A DNA stretch of 64,000 bases from Felis catus. Taxonomy: Eukaryota. A model generated the notes under the pieces. The model saw only the letters and a list, made by a program, of their open reading frames with translations, did not search any database and was not told where the DNA came from. Location: NCBI RefSeq assembly GCF_018350175.1, contig NC_058368.1, positions 165,542,001 through 165,606,000 on the forward strand, read 5' to 3'. Positions within the stretch are counted from its first letter, which is position 1, and every line of letters starts with the position of its first letter. The position numbers and the translations under genes were made by a program. This document shows positions 61,801 through 64,000 of this stretch, in pieces.

Positions 61801-63264
61801 AACTAATATAATGATAATTCAAGAAAAGCACCCAAGCATTTTGTAATATCTGATAGTGTGTTTGTTAAATTACAATGAAAAAGACCACAATACTGGGTGA
61901 AGCAACTACGATTAAGGATGAATTTTGAATTAACATTGAGAAATTTATGCTTTTATGCATGCACACATGTACATTTAAGACCTATTAATATTTGGACTCA
62001 AAGTATAGGATAGAAAGTGATATCCAAGGATAGTTGTTCATTTCCCATCATCACTGTGAACAGGAAAATAATAATTTACAATGACAAAATAAAATAAACA
62101 ATTACTGATAGTTGTCTTTTTCCTTTCATATAAGCTTTGAAATCTATATAAAATATGGATTCTTGCTACAACAAGAAATATTCAGGTTGCTCATAAGAAA
62201 CAAGGTACCTTGTAGAATAGAAGGAGCCTCTAAATATCCTAGCAACTCCTATCATTTTAATAAGACAATTTTAATATCATTAGAATATTTACTGTTACTT
62301 TAGTCAGAGTAGTAAATTCAAAGCAGGATTCCAAAATAATGTAAGCAGATCATTACTATCATTGAGATATTTTAGGAGAGTAGGGGGAAGAAAAGGATCT
62401 CCTGATGCCTAATCAGCTCCATGCTTTGTCATAGAAGAGCATCACCTGGACCCCTGAGGATGCTGGATAATCACACTAATGAATATAAGAGTGTGTGTTG
62501 CAAAGTTAGCAAAAATACACTTTTAGAGGAAAATTTACCCTGTAGCTTAATTAACATTCTGAAAAAAATGATTTAGCAGGAAAACAATATATTGAGAACC
62601 TCTATTACATAGAAACAGGGTGTTTCTTTGCCTTCAGCTAGTGGCATATCTCATTAAAAGTAAAGAATGAACAAAGCATAGTAAAAGGGTATAAAGGAGT
62701 CTTTCAGATCTTAAAACTTGGTTTTTCCATAGCTTATCGTAGAAATTTTCAACTCGATAATCAAGGGTAAGAATTGACAAATACCTATCAGAAAATTTAG
62801 ACACAAGGCTACAAGCTGCTGCGCATTATCTAACCACATTACAGCATTCAGGCATAAACTACATGTTATGGCATTCCTTCAACAACCATTTTAGACTTTT
62901 CTTTTGATGCTTTTGTGTTTCTGTTTGCTCTAGGAACACTGACTAGGCTACTCACCTGTTGCTTAAATCAGTGTTAAGTATTAGGAAATCTCTAAATAGC
63001 CTAGAGTGAAGACAGAATTTGGATCAGAATCTGATTCATATTTTAGTTGCATTATCGCTAGTCTTTATGTGTCTAGACATCTATATTCTACATCAATCTT
63101 TGCTAGTTTAAACTGTGATAATTCTCACTGTCTCATCTATTCCGTAAGTACCCATTATTGGTGGTAATGATAACCTCATCCTGGGTGATTACTGATAATA
63201 AACAGAAAATTAAATTATATTAAATTCAAGTCAGGATTAATGAATGTATAGAATTATTAAAATG

Positions 63265-63960
63265 TATTTACTCATTTATATATTTATTCAGCAACTGTTT
63301 AGGTATGTTTACTTTATCCTATTCCTGAAATTAGGAAGGGAGGAATAACAAGATATAGGATTTAAACATAAGCCACCTGGAAGGTTCCATTCTATAGTCA
63401 GGGATAGCAGACAAGTCAAATAGTCAAACAAACAACCCAGGCAGAGAAAAAAATGTATGGGCATAGGCCCTAATGTAGAAAATGACCTGTAAGATGAATA
63501 GAAAGGAAGATGATATTGATGAAATATAATTATCAGGAGAGAATGTGGTATATAAAGTGAGGTATGAGAATCACACAGGGGCCAGACCATGAAGGACATT
63601 CATTACAGACTATGTAAAAGACTTGTTGCTTCAACAAACCCAGTGGGAAACTACAGAAAAGTTTTAATCAGGTATTTTTAAAGGTGCCGGATAAAGTACT
63701 GCGGATAGGGTGGTGGGTAAAACTTGAAAGCATAGATTTAAGAGATTATGGTGATTGTAAAGAAAAGAGATGAGAGCTTCTAGGAGAGGGATAGTGGTTA
63801 TCCAATGTAAAAAGTAAATATTTTTGAGATAAACTTGTAAGTAGAAATATTAGGGGAATCAAGAACATTGCCATAGACCTTATTAATATTTAAAATTGCT
63901 GCTCTTCATAAGACATTATTGAGAGAATGAAAGGACAAACTACTTGAAAATGATATACTT
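63265..63960 (-). mobile_element. L2 3' fragment
   Basis: tcatttatatatttattcagcaac…gggccagaccatgaaggacatt…cagtgggaaactacagaaaagttttaatcagg is a reverse-complement L2 pattern. Confidence 0.6.
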
Positions 63961-64000
63961 GATAAGGAACTTATATTGAAATACAACACAATCAAAATTC

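Overview
AT-rich, gene-poor mammalian genomic DNA, almost certainly from a cat-family (felid) genome. The evidence is about 24 tRNA-derived Can-SINEs of the felid type (…GCTGACAGCTCAGAGCCTGGAGCCTGCTTC…, (CT)n, A-tail) and carnivore LINE-1. No intact protein-coding gene could be recognised. The best-supported features are: (i) a near full-length, inactivated LINE-1 (47190-53059, +) inserted inside a Can-SINE with a 17-bp target-site duplication (TSD); (ii) an old full-length processed pseudogene of RPS6 (- strand, ~18400-19193); (iii) a 5'-intact but 3'-less L1 splitting an MLT1 LTR; (iv) a 5'-truncated L1 with an 18-bp TSD and a short extra tail segment; (v) many ancient L1/L2/MIR/MaLR/hAT fragments; (vi) a ~237-bp tandem duplication in apparently unique DNA. 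An unassigned CpG-retaining, retrocopy-like island (~42150-42835) and some minus-strand exon-like segments (~39629-39963, ~23042-23501) remain unexplained. Most ORFs in the supplied track are SINE/L1 read-throughs or chance ORFs. I see no evidence of a new multi-gene system; the interesting signals are retrotransposition oddities and a few unexplained unique segments. Repeat subfamily names come from recalled consensus sequences, not from a search.
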